A stretch of DNA of 64,000 bases from Candidatus Latescibacterota bacterium. Its GTDB lineage: Bacteria; Latescibacterota; UBA2968; UBA8231. The translations under genes were made by a program, and so were the position numbers. The stretch lies in the NCBI GenBank assembly GCA_965248265.1, contig CBDFJF010000001.1:2976001-3040000 (forward strand), given 5' to 3'. The notes beneath the pieces are model-generated. The model made no database searches and was not told where the DNA came from. It worked only from the letters and a program-made list of their open reading frames with translations. Positions 47,862 through 58,069 of the stretch are shown piece by piece. Every line of letters begins with the position of its first letter. The stretch's first letter is position 1.

Positions 47862-49335
47862 GTTCGAGTTCCTCATCGGCGGGAAAGTACGCCCCCTCCA
47901 CACGCTCGAAGGGGCAGTGTCGCAGCGTAGGCGGCGTCGGGCCCGGGGTATCCAGGACGTAGATGGCCGCGGCTATGTCACCGTAGGCGATGTGGTAGTT
48001 CATCGGATTCTTGACGACGACGAATTTGGCGGCGGCGGGATCCAGGTCGAGTGCCCTGAACTGCTCATCCGCCCAGTCATAGGTGGCATGAGTGGTGATG
48101 AGAATCTGGATGTTTCCGACCTCCACCACGGCGCAGGGTCCCATGTCTCCTTCGACGCCGTCCCAAATGCCGCCGGAGTAGCGAAAGCGTCCTTCAGCCA
48201 CCGTGCGAACAAACCCCGTTACTCGAAGCGGATCACCCCATTTGGGATCGAGCTGGTGTCCCAGCGTCAGCGTCACCGTTGTGGCTTCCCCGACGGCGCG
48301 ACAATCAATGACCGCCTGCGGGTCCACGACCGGTACCAGGGTCCGGGGGGAGGCAGGATCGGACAGTTCGAGCAGGGCCTTCAGTGTTGCCACGCTGTCA
48401 CCTGACGCACCACCACCGACGCAATCAGCGGTCTCGACCAGCAACACCGGGCCACCCTCGAGCTCTAGGCCTTTGCTGATGGCATCGGTTGGCGTGAACA
48501 CGACCGGCTCCAGTTCGCGCCGAGATTCCCAGTAGCGCCTGGCGAGATCGTCGGCCAACGCCAGCGCTGCCTCACTGTCGCCGTCGGCGACGACGAGACC
48601 GCCGGATCCCAGGCCCGGTTGATCCAGGTAGGGGTGCACCAGCAGGACACTCGTCGACAGTATGCCATTGCTGCCTTCACGAGACTTCGCATAACGCATC
48701 AGGCGCGCAAACGCTCCATCCCCGTCGGTGCTTCCATGCACTCCGGAAGTGATCACCGGCACCTTGACCATCGCCATGACAGGACGGCAGCGACCGGCCA
48801 CGGTATCAAGGAGCATTTGTGCGCCCCGCTCACCGGTGGAGTAGGCGTCGCGGTGAGGGTAGGTCTCCCACGCTAACATGGCGGAGGCGCCGCTGACCAT
48901 CGCCTGGGTGACATGGGCGTGAAGATCCAGGGTGACGACGACGGGGATATCAGGGCCGACCAGGGTTCGCACTGCGCTGATCAGGTCGCCCTCGACATCG
49001 TCTACCTCCTCAGCGGCGGCCGCCCCGTGCAGGAGCAACAGCACGCCATCCACCGGCAAGGCCCCGGCCAGACGTTGCAGGAGGTTCCCGCGCAGTTCGT
49101 CGTAGCACGATTGGGTGATGTATCCTCCCGGACATGTGCTCGCTGAAAGTAGCGGTACGATTTCAACCGCAGCCGGACGCAGGGTGTTGAGCGCTCCTCC
49201 CACGACGCCACCGTCGATTTCGAGCAGCTGTTCTCCGATATGCAGGTCGTAGCGCTTGAACCAGTCCATGTCAATTGGTGAGCCACCCAGTTGATTGCAC
49301 TCAGTCAGGATGGAAGCGACGGCAATTCGAGACAT
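47830..49335 (-). CDS. M81 (MlrC-like) metallopeptidase
   Basis: LHGAA, LDLHAH, TYPHRD and DCVGGG motifs. Confidence 0.9.
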   Translation of the reverse strand: MSRIAVASILTECNQLGGSPIDMDWFKRYDLHIGEQLLEIDGGVVGGALNTLRPAAVEIVPLLSASTCPGGYITQSCYDELRGNLLQRLAGALPVDGVLLLLHGAAAAEEVDDVEGDLISAVRTLVGPDIPVVVTLDLHAHVTQAMVSGASAMLAWETYPHRDAYSTGERGAQMLLDTVAGRCRPVMAMVKVPVITSGVHGSTDGDGAFARLMRYAKSREGSNGILSTSVLLVHPYLDQPGLGSGGLVVADGDSEAALALADDLARRYWESRRELEPVVFTPTDAISKGLELEGGPVLLVETADCVGGGASGDSVATLKALLELSDPASPRTLVPVVDPQAVIDCRAVGEATTVTLTLGHQLDPKWGDPLRVTGFVRTVAEGRFRYSGGIWDGVEGDMGPCAVVEVGNIQILITTHATYDWADEQFRALDLDPAAAKFVVVKNPMNYHIAYGDIAAAIYVLDTPGPTPPTLRHCPFERVEGAYFPADEELELTDPVVLRGW

Positions 49336-49397
49336 CCGGTTGGTTACTCCTATGGGTAGGTCAGTGAAACGCTCTGATCAACTTCAGGCGAATGTAG

Positions 49398-50372
<975 letters not shown>

Positions 50373-50447
50373 CTCGCCCCCGCTCCATGACGGAGTCGGA
50401 TCGACGATGAGGAGATAGCTCGACTCAATACCACAGAATGATCGGGC

Positions 50448-52118
50448 TCAGTGGTTGCAGAACTCCTTGTAGAAGCGCTTCTCTCCCTCGACGGTGCCGA
50501 TGAGGATGATCTCGGAATTGGCGGGCATCGGGGTGTGGGGATCCGGGTTGAGGTCGCTCTGGCCATTACTTTTCAGGGCGACGACGGTACAGCCGGTCGA
50601 ACGCCGAATGTCACTGTCGGCGATGCTCTTGCCTATCAGCGATTTCGGCGTCGGCGTTCGGAAGACGTCGAGGCCTTCGTCCACCATGAGTGCACTGCCC
50701 CGCTGAAGCAGGTTGACGATGGCGTTGGCCCCCATCGAGGCGTAGGACATGACGAAGTCGGCCCCGGCGCGGTGCAGGGGGTCGATGTTTCTCTCGGCAT
50801 TGGCTCGTGCGATGACCTGGATGTCAGCACGCAGGCGGCGGCAGTATATGGCCAGATAGAGGTTGGTCTCGTCGTCACTGGTCGTGATCACGACGGCCGG
50901 TGATTCCTCAATGCCAGCCTCCTGCAACACCTCTAGACTCGCGGCGGATCCGACGACATAGTGCTCAGGGGCACGGACGCGTTCCGGTAGCTCTTCGATG
51001 ATGCGGTAATCCAGGCCGCGGATGTCGAGCGCTCGCCCGACTGCTCGACCAACGCGGCCGCCGCCGATGATGATGACGGGCATTTTCGATTGTTCGTCAG
51101 CTGTCGATGCTTCGTTGAAGCGATCGATCTGTGCACGCGCACCGGCGATAACGAGAACAGTGTGGGCTCCCAGTTTTGTGCCTGGACGGGCCGTCTCGAA
51201 ACGGCCGCAATCCCAAACCCCGATGACGGAGATCCCGAGTTTTCTCCGCAAGCCAATATCATCGAGCGAGCTGCCGATCCAGTCGGTACTCAGTGTCGCC
51301 TCTGCGATGACGAGATCGTCGAAGCAGCCGATCTCCCGAGCCGCCGCATCACTGCCGCTCACCCGCCGGGCCAGCGATTGCCCGAGCATCTCAGCCAACT
51401 CTATGACCTGAGTGCACCCCGCCAGCTCCAATATGTCGACGGAAGCCGGGTCGCGGGCAGTGGCCAGGATCGGTACGTCCGGATCGATCTCCCTGATAGT
51501 GTGAGCGACACTCGTATTCGAGGCATCGCCTCCGGTCGCTGTCACGAAGGCCGCGTCGGCCACGCGCGCCTCGCGGTAGAACTCCGGATCATCCAACTGG
51601 CCGACAAGAGCACGATGCCCCTGGTCCTGGAGGGCCAAGGCTTCCTCTGCGTCAGCGACCAGGATGAGGTGAGGGGTGTTGTACTGGGCGAGACGGGAGA
51701 TCAGGGAGTGGGTGATGTCATCGACGTGTGTGAGCAGAACATGACCACTCAGATGCTCTGAAAGTCGCCGCGGCACCTGGGCCGCGGTCTGTGCCTCCAC
51801 CCATGGAGCCCAGAAAAACTGAATGAAGCTGAAAGGCAGCAGGACCATCATGAAGATGCCGCCCGATACCAGTACCCACATGGTAAAGGCACGCCCCAGG
51901 TCGCTGGTGAAGGTGATATCACCAAACCCGAGAGTGGACATCACCGTCAAGGTCCAGTAGACCCCCGTGAACCAGCTGAACTCGCGGCCCTCACGGGCCA
52001 TGAACACATGAAAGAGAACACTGTAAAGGGAGATCAGCAGCAATAGAGCGACAAAGAACCGGGCAAGTAATCGCAGGTTCTGCTTGGTCATGCGCTGAGC
52101 ATTCAAGGATTGCAGCAT
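50448..52118 (-). CDS. Potassium channel with tandem RCK (TrkA-N/C) domains
   Basis: TVMSTLGFGD selectivity filter; IIGGGRVG. Confidence 0.9.
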   Translation of the reverse strand: MLQSLNAQRMTKQNLRLLARFFVALLLLISLYSVLFHVFMAREGREFSWFTGVYWTLTVMSTLGFGDITFTSDLGRAFTMWVLVSGGIFMMVLLPFSFIQFFWAPWVEAQTAAQVPRRLSEHLSGHVLLTHVDDITHSLISRLAQYNTPHLILVADAEEALALQDQGHRALVGQLDDPEFYREARVADAAFVTATGGDASNTSVAHTIREIDPDVPILATARDPASVDILELAGCTQVIELAEMLGQSLARRVSGSDAAAREIGCFDDLVIAEATLSTDWIGSSLDDIGLRRKLGISVIGVWDCGRFETARPGTKLGAHTVLVIAGARAQIDRFNEASTADEQSKMPVIIIGGGRVGRAVGRALDIRGLDYRIIEELPERVRAPEHYVVGSAASLEVLQEAGIEESPAVVITTSDDETNLYLAIYCRRLRADIQVIARANAERNIDPLHRAGADFVMSYASMGANAIVNLLQRGSALMVDEGLDVFRTPTPKSLIGKSIADSDIRRSTGCTVVALKSNGQSDLNPDPHTPMPANSEIILIGTVEGEKRFYKEFCNH

Positions 52119-52136
52119 GATCAGGATACCTTCACG

Positions 52137-52973
52137 TCAACCCGCCACCAGGTCGTTTTTTCGCAAGAACTGCGCCATGTCCCGCCAAAATCGGTCCCAA
52201 TCCGCGGGGCAATCACCGTGGCCACACGGATAGCGGAGCATCTGACCGCGATCGGCAGCCTCGAACAGGGTTTCGGCCTGCGCTATGGGAATCAAACCGT
52301 CGTCGATGCCGTGGACGACGAGCACGGGGCCGGCGAAGTGCTCGACCACAGCCAAATTGTCGAAGGGATCCCGCACCAGGAACTGGGGAACCAGGTACCG
52401 ATAGGCCATGTCCCGAATGCTCGTAAACGTAGACAGTAATACCAGTGCCGCCACCGGTCGTTGGGCGGCAAGCGCGCATACGGCGCCACCACCGAGCGAG
52501 CGGCCGAACAGGACCACCCGGTGTGCATCGATTCCCTCCATGGCGACGAGCGCATCATAGGCAGTGGTGAGCGCTTCGGTGATCGAGTGCTGCGATGGTG
52601 AGCCCTCAGATCGACCGTAGCCCGGGTACTCGACGACGAGGACCGCCATGCCAAGATCGCCAAAGCCGTCGAATTCGCGGGCAAAGGTGTCGATGACCTC
52701 GGCATTTCCGTGGGCGAGGATGACGGCAGGAGATCCGGCATCAGAGGCACTGGACTGTGAAACGTGTGTGGCAGGTGGGTAGTACCAGCACTCCACTTTG
52801 CCAGAACTGGTTCTCAGCCAGATGACTTCGTGGCCGTCATCGCGGGTCTCACTGGGTTCGGTCGGCGGCCGGGGGAACAGCATCGAACGCTGGGCGAAGT
52901 ACAGTACGCCTACGTAGGCCGAGTACAAGGCAACGGCCCCGACGATGAGGCCAACTACCGTAGACAGTTTCAT
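52137..52973 (-). CDS. Alpha/beta hydrolase (membrane-anchored)
   Basis: HGNAE, YPGYG, GRSLGG and HGIDD motifs. Confidence 0.9.
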   Translation of the reverse strand: MKLSTVVGLIVGAVALYSAYVGVLYFAQRSMLFPRPPTEPSETRDDGHEVIWLRTSSGKVECWYYPPATHVSQSSASDAGSPAVILAHGNAEVIDTFAREFDGFGDLGMAVLVVEYPGYGRSEGSPSQHSITEALTTAYDALVAMEGIDAHRVVLFGRSLGGGAVCALAAQRPVAALVLLSTFTSIRDMAYRYLVPQFLVRDPFDNLAVVEHFAGPVLVVHGIDDGLIPIAQAETLFEAADRGQMLRYPCGHGDCPADWDRFWRDMAQFLRKNDLVAG

Positions 52974-53698
52974 TCCCCGTGCAGCTGTTTTTGCAACCAG
53001 GCCACAACGCCACTGACCATGGGTGCAGTGGCACTGTCGCTAAACACGTGATCGGCTCCCGGCAACTCCAGCAGTTGCACCTCCCCGGGCGCGGCGGCCA
53101 TGATGTCGTGCGTATCCTGCGGCGGAACCACGTCGTCTTCCGTGCCGTGGACGAAAAGCCAGGGCACTGTGATGCGCTCGGCCAGGCCGACGACGGAGTG
53201 GATCTGTGCCATGTCATCCATGTAGGCTTGCGAGAGCGGGCACTCCTCATCCTCCCACATCAGGCCGGCATCCGGAGTCTCCTCGCCAAACTCCCGTTTG
53301 GCAAAGGCCTCCGTGTGCACCATGCCGGCCAAAGACACCAGAAGACGGATGCGCTGATCGCTGCTGGCCCGCAACACCCCAACGGCACCCCCCATGCTGT
53401 GGCCGATGTAGCAGACGAAGCGCCCGCCCACGGCATCCAGGACCGCACCGAGGTCGTCGACTTCCTTGCTGATGGTGGCATCCTGAAACCGGCCTCCGGA
53501 GTCGCCGTTGCCGGCGAAGGAGAACCTGATTGTTCCGATGCCCGTCGCGCAGAGGCCTTCGGCCAGCGCCACGACGAAAGGGCGATCCTTGTTGCCGGTA
53601 ACGCCATGGCCGAGGATGGCCAGCCCGTCATCGTCCCGGCCGGGATGAAAGGTGTAATCGAGCCGCTCTCCCTGCCGGTTGAGGATCTCGCCGAACAT
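52970..53698 (-). CDS. Alpha/beta hydrolase
   Basis: GHSMGG nucleophile elbow; HGTEDDVV and GADHVF motifs. Confidence 0.9.
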   Translation of the reverse strand: MFGEILNRQGERLDYTFHPGRDDDGLAILGHGVTGNKDRPFVVALAEGLCATGIGTIRFSFAGNGDSGGRFQDATISKEVDDLGAVLDAVGGRFVCYIGHSMGGAVGVLRASSDQRIRLLVSLAGMVHTEAFAKREFGEETPDAGLMWEDEECPLSQAYMDDMAQIHSVVGLAERITVPWLFVHGTEDDVVPPQDTHDIMAAAPGEVQLLELPGADHVFSDSATAPMVSGVVAWLQKQLHGE

Positions 53699-53752
53699 TA
53701 ACAATCAGCTCCTGTTGATGATGATCGGGCCGCAGTTTCGGAACATGCTGTC

Positions 53753-54787
53753 TCAGCCGCTGTTGACGACGAGATCGCGATCTTCTGCTGCCAGAGGAAG
53801 GTCAACGAACCTTCCATTGCGACCGTGAGAGGCGTGGACGGCGGCGATGATCTCCAAGGTATGCACGGAGAGTTCGGCATCGTAGGAAAACGGCGCACCG
53901 TCGAGCGCTTCGACGATCTCAGTGACGGCGCGGTCCATCGGCAACTCGTCGATGCTGGGCCAGTGCTCGTGACCGCCATCGACCAGGTCCAGGTGGACGC
54001 CATCGGTGTCAACTCGAGCGATTCCCTCGATCCCATTGACCTGAATGGCGGGGGGCAGGCTGGCGTAGTCGGCGGCGTCGAAGGTGACCATGACGCCCTC
54101 TTCGAGCCGAATCATACCCCAACCTCCCGGATCCTGGAACGCCGGCCCTCGGCAGTCGGGTTTACCTGAAAGGTCGAGGTAACCAGACACCGCTTGGGCC
54201 CGTCGTGAGGTCAGCATGAGGATGGCGTCGAACATGTGGGTGCCGACATTGCCAAGACGGCCGGCACTCCACTGAGCAGACACCGAAGACAGGGCGCCAA
54301 GGCCTCCCTCACCGATGTAGTCTCGCAACCGGCGGTGATTGAGCTCGAAGCGCCGGTTGTGGTTAATGGCCAGCAGAACATCCTGTTGCCTGCAGACCTC
54401 GAGCATGCGGGCTGCGTCATTGACCGTCTGGGCGATCGGCTTCTCGCAGTAGATGGCACGCACACCCGCATCCACGCAACCGAGCACTACTTCGGCATGG
54501 ACGTCGGCGTAGGTGGCGACGCTGACGATATCGAGTTGTTGATCGAGCATTCGAGCCCAGTCGTCGAACACCGCTGCTTCCGTGCGTTGGGCAAAGCGCT
54601 CGCGCCGGCCAGAGTCGCGACTGCTGCCGGCAACCAGGTCGACGCGCGGATGATTGGACAGCGCTCCTAGATGGGTGCCACCCAGGTGTTCGACTCGCTG
54701 GCCGAGGGCATCACCGGAAACCTGGTCGGCACCGCCGATGAAGCCCAGCCCTATGATTCCAGCTCGATAGCGGTTGCTCTCAGCCAT
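53753..54787 (-). CDS. Gfo/Idh/MocA family oxidoreductase
   Basis: GIIGLGFIG, CEKP, NHNRRF and GTHMFD motifs. Confidence 0.9.
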   Translation of the reverse strand: MAESNRYRAGIIGLGFIGGADQVSGDALGQRVEHLGGTHLGALSNHPRVDLVAGSSRDSGRRERFAQRTEAAVFDDWARMLDQQLDIVSVATYADVHAEVVLGCVDAGVRAIYCEKPIAQTVNDAARMLEVCRQQDVLLAINHNRRFELNHRRLRDYIGEGGLGALSSVSAQWSAGRLGNVGTHMFDAILMLTSRRAQAVSGYLDLSGKPDCRGPAFQDPGGWGMIRLEEGVMVTFDAADYASLPPAIQVNGIEGIARVDTDGVHLDLVDGGHEHWPSIDELPMDRAVTEIVEALDGAPFSYDAELSVHTLEIIAAVHASHGRNGRFVDLPLAAEDRDLVVNSG

Positions 54788-55441
54788 GCGTATGGCCCTC
54801 CCGTGCCAAGCCTATTCTCCAGTTCGCCTTGCACCACAGAAGCAAGTGTGCAAGCCAGCAATACGGGCACATCGGAGGCGTGTAAATCTGCACTTTGGCC
54901 ACGCAGTCACAGTGTTGCCCCGCGGATGAATGAACTCGAAGATGAGCTAGAATACGACATAATTTCACTCCGACCAACGAATTCGAAGTCGAACGGCGAG
55001 CGCAGACAATCGGCTCTGGTCGCCAGGTCTGCAGGGAAAGGATTTGCGCGCAGGCCGAACGAATTTCCTCTGTGTCATTGAAGATGCAACAGTGTGTGGG
55101 CAATGGAACACCCCGTTGGGACCGAGATGAATTTTATTAGTCCACAAACCTACTCCCGCCGAGGGATCCAGGGGGAGGAAGCAAAATCGAGGCATCCAGG
55201 AGACTCATCCGCGCTCGAGGAGCATCATTCGTCACCAACCTATAAGTGCCTTGGCAACAGACAGTTGGATTGTAGAAAAATTCAGTCAAAGATCACGAAA
55301 TGAGATATGGCTCACGTTATTTCGCGAGATCCCGATATATCATTATAACAAGGGGGGAGCCGACCTTCGCGGGAACCAGGGCCCGGCTACCCCAGTCTGG
55401 GGAGAGGGAATTACTCAGAGTGCACGCGATCGGGGCCTGAA

Positions 55442-55457
55442 TGGCACGAAATTTGAT
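55442..55457 (+). promoter_or_regulatory. Putative sigma54 (-24/-12) promoter
   Basis: TGGCACG-AAAT-TTGAT, about 40 nt before the 78-aa ORF; -12 element is GA rather than GC. Confidence 0.55.
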
Positions 55458-55498
55458 GTGTTTTTGAAGGACCCGTAGCTGCGAGGAGGGTAGAGGAA

Positions 55499-55735
55499 AT
55501 GGCACACTATAGGTATAAGGATGCCCGGGGGAGCTCTGACGAGATCACCGTCATAGAAGACAAAAGCATGTTCACGAAGGATTCCCAAGGCAACTGGGCG
55601 CCGGGATTCGAGTTCATCGACCGTCAGACGGTCAAAGCCCACCCCTTCATCATCCAGGTTTTGCTCGAGGACGCAGAACGACTCTGGTCCATGGATGAGC
55701 TGCTGGACGAACTGGAGCCGCAGGTTTCTGAGTAG
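55499..55735 (+). CDS. Small hypothetical protein (78 aa)
   Basis: GAGGAGG and GAGGA RBS candidates; gene-like codon usage. Confidence 0.72.
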   Translation: MAHYRYKDARGSSDEITVIEDKSMFTKDSQGNWAPGFEFIDRQTVKAHPFIIQVLLEDAERLWSMDELLDELEPQVSE

Positions 55736-55850
55736 CTCGGACAAGCCACCTGTTCCCTGATGTCCCGAGGCGCTCGCGACTACCCAGTCCGCCTCAATAT
55801 TTGCTAGCAATATTTACTACTGCGGGCATTTCTGGCTAACCTTTACAGCT

Positions 55851-57989
55851 CTATGGATTCGATCCGTCTGGTCTGAGCGGTAGCCGCACGATCACGGTCG
55901 TACCCTGGCCAACCTCGCTGCGAATCTGGATTTCACCTCCGTGTTCGTGCACGATGCCGTGGGCTGTCGGCAAGCCAAACCCCATCTTTACCGTCTCGGC
56001 ACCGCGAGCGAACCCGAAGTCGAGTATGCGCTCCAGCCGTTCCTGAGGAATCCCTCTTCCCGAGTCGGCGAATGCCACTATAACCTCGCTGCCCTCCTGC
56101 TGGCTCGAAATAGCAATTTGACCGACTCCGTCGATCGCTGCGATAGCGTTTCTCAGCAAGCTCATGAACACCTGGTTGAGCTTGGCCGGGGAGCAATAGA
56201 GTCGGGGCAGGTTTCCGTAATCCCTGACCACCGTGATCGTCCCCCCAAACTGAGGTCGCAACAGCGTCAGCGCGCTGTCAATCCCCTCGTGCAGGTCGAC
56301 GAGCTGGTATTCTGCTTCATCCAGGCGCGCGAAATTGCGCAGGCTCTGCACCAGGGCAGCGATACGGCTGACGCCATCGGCGACCACACGCTCTGACTGA
56401 GCGATGACCGCGAGGGCCGATTCCAGCGACCGCCGCTCTCCGTCTGAGGTTTCCGACGTTTGGAAGGCAGTCCGCAGGCGTTCCAGTGCCCGGGCCATCG
56501 TGTCCCGCATGCTGTTAATGGCGCCAATCGGAGTATTGATCTCGTGCGCGAGACCGGCAACCAGATTGCCCAGGGATGCCATCTTGGCCTGGGTAATCAT
56601 CTCGTTCTGTGTCTCTCTCAGCTGCGTCAACACCTGCTCAAGCTGCTGATTCTTGTCACTCAGTTCCGTCGTTCGCTCCTCCACCCGTTTTTCCAACGTG
56701 TGGCTGTACTCGGTGAGTTCATCCGTCAGTTCCTCGACTTGTGCCAGTTGAGCCTGCAGGTTGCGGCTGGTACTGCCGGATTGACGCGCCAGGAACACAG
56801 ACATGGAGACGAGAAGGGCCAGAACTCCGTACACGTACACGTCGTTGCCCAGCAGCAGCGGCTCTACAACCTCGAGCATGCCCAGAAGCTGGTAGGTGCA
56901 GGCAAACACGAATAACAATCCACCTGCGCCGATAATCCATGCCCCTTCTCGCTTGCGGTAAAGGGCAAGCAATATGACACGCAGGCCTTCGGCCAGACAG
57001 ACAAGGCCGTAGATGTTGACGAGGAGCATCGGTGCCAGCGCGAAGGACAATGCCAACGGGACTCCAACCACGGCGAAGGCGTATAGGGTTTTCGGGATGT
57101 GATCATGAAACACTGAGTAGATGAACAAGAGACTGAAAAAACTCGTGCCCACGATCCCCAAGTGGACCATGTGGTTGTTGGCGATCACATCCAGCCGATC
57201 GTGCACAAAGTCGTGACGAAAGGCGGCGAAGTTGAGCAAGGTCAGCGCCAGGGTGAGAAGGAAGTAGTAGAGGTTCTGTCTGGATGCCGGATAAAACAGG
57301 AACAGCAGCAGGTGCAGGAGAGCGAACGCGGCAGGGATGGTCGTAAACACCGTTTGCTCGGTGGCGGCACGCCGGATGCCGGCCGCCAGCGTTTGTTCGC
57401 TGTCCGAACGGGGCGTCAACGCCATCTCAAATCCCAACATGCCGCCGTACTGGTGTAGCTGCTCGATCTCGTGGTCTGAGTAACGAACCGCGATCACGCT
57501 CACGGACTCGGAGGGCAACTCGAGTGGGAAGGCAGCAATGTCGGTGACGTGATAGGTGTCCTCCTCATCGGCTCCGGTGGCGCTAACCGTGCCGAATCCA
57601 TTCACCAGGGAACCGTTGACGTAGATCTGCGAGGCTCCCAGGTGATGGAAGTAGTAGCTTAGGGCTTGACCTGAAAGCGTCGAATCAGGGCGGAGGTGCA
57701 GACGGAACCAGCCGATGCCAGCCCAATCGGCAACAGCTGGATCGTCGGGTTTTACGAAGGATTCGATCGGAAGCCAGTCTGAGTCGTCGATTTGGGGATA
57801 TGCCCACGAAGGGTCGTCGCCAGCTCGGTAAAGCCAGCCAGCCTTCAGGGAAATGACGCCGAGCGGCGGGTTTGCCAGATCCCGGATCGAGATCTCCAGC
57901 GGTTCACCCGCTATGGCCGGCTCGGGTGCCGCGAGCGTGGCCGTGACGATGAAGATCGCCAGGAGTGATGGTGATGGTCGCGTCAGCAT
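55851..57989 (-). CDS. Sensor histidine kinase (periplasmic beta domain, multi-TM region, HisKA/HATPase)
   Basis: LAHEINTP H-box; QVFMSLLRNA, DSGRGI and GFGL motifs; W..GDD..W and GIGWFR in the periplasmic domain. Confidence 0.9.
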   Translation of the reverse strand: MLTRPSPSLLAIFIVTATLAAPEPAIAGEPLEISIRDLANPPLGVISLKAGWLYRAGDDPSWAYPQIDDSDWLPIESFVKPDDPAVADWAGIGWFRLHLRPDSTLSGQALSYYFHHLGASQIYVNGSLVNGFGTVSATGADEEDTYHVTDIAAFPLELPSESVSVIAVRYSDHEIEQLHQYGGMLGFEMALTPRSDSEQTLAAGIRRAATEQTVFTTIPAAFALLHLLLFLFYPASRQNLYYFLLTLALTLLNFAAFRHDFVHDRLDVIANNHMVHLGIVGTSFFSLLFIYSVFHDHIPKTLYAFAVVGVPLALSFALAPMLLVNIYGLVCLAEGLRVILLALYRKREGAWIIGAGGLLFVFACTYQLLGMLEVVEPLLLGNDVYVYGVLALLVSMSVFLARQSGSTSRNLQAQLAQVEELTDELTEYSHTLEKRVEERTTELSDKNQQLEQVLTQLRETQNEMITQAKMASLGNLVAGLAHEINTPIGAINSMRDTMARALERLRTAFQTSETSDGERRSLESALAVIAQSERVVADGVSRIAALVQSLRNFARLDEAEYQLVDLHEGIDSALTLLRPQFGGTITVVRDYGNLPRLYCSPAKLNQVFMSLLRNAIAAIDGVGQIAISSQQEGSEVIVAFADSGRGIPQERLERILDFGFARGAETVKMGFGLPTAHGIVHEHGGEIQIRSEVGQGTTVIVRLPLRPDGSNP

Positions 57990-58069
57990 TCCGCCCGGCG
58001 CCTTCACAACATCCGACGCATGGTCTCCAGGATGTAGTCGGTCGTCGACGAGCAATCGTCGACCGGCCT

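Noticed and set aside
54926-55303. Two same-frame ORFs joined across TGA 55079-55081 (..LCH-U-RC..), a possible selenoprotein given selC
   Set aside because: The translation does not look protein-like, there is no clear RBS or convincing SECIS hairpin after the TGA, and it resembles no selenoprotein family I know.
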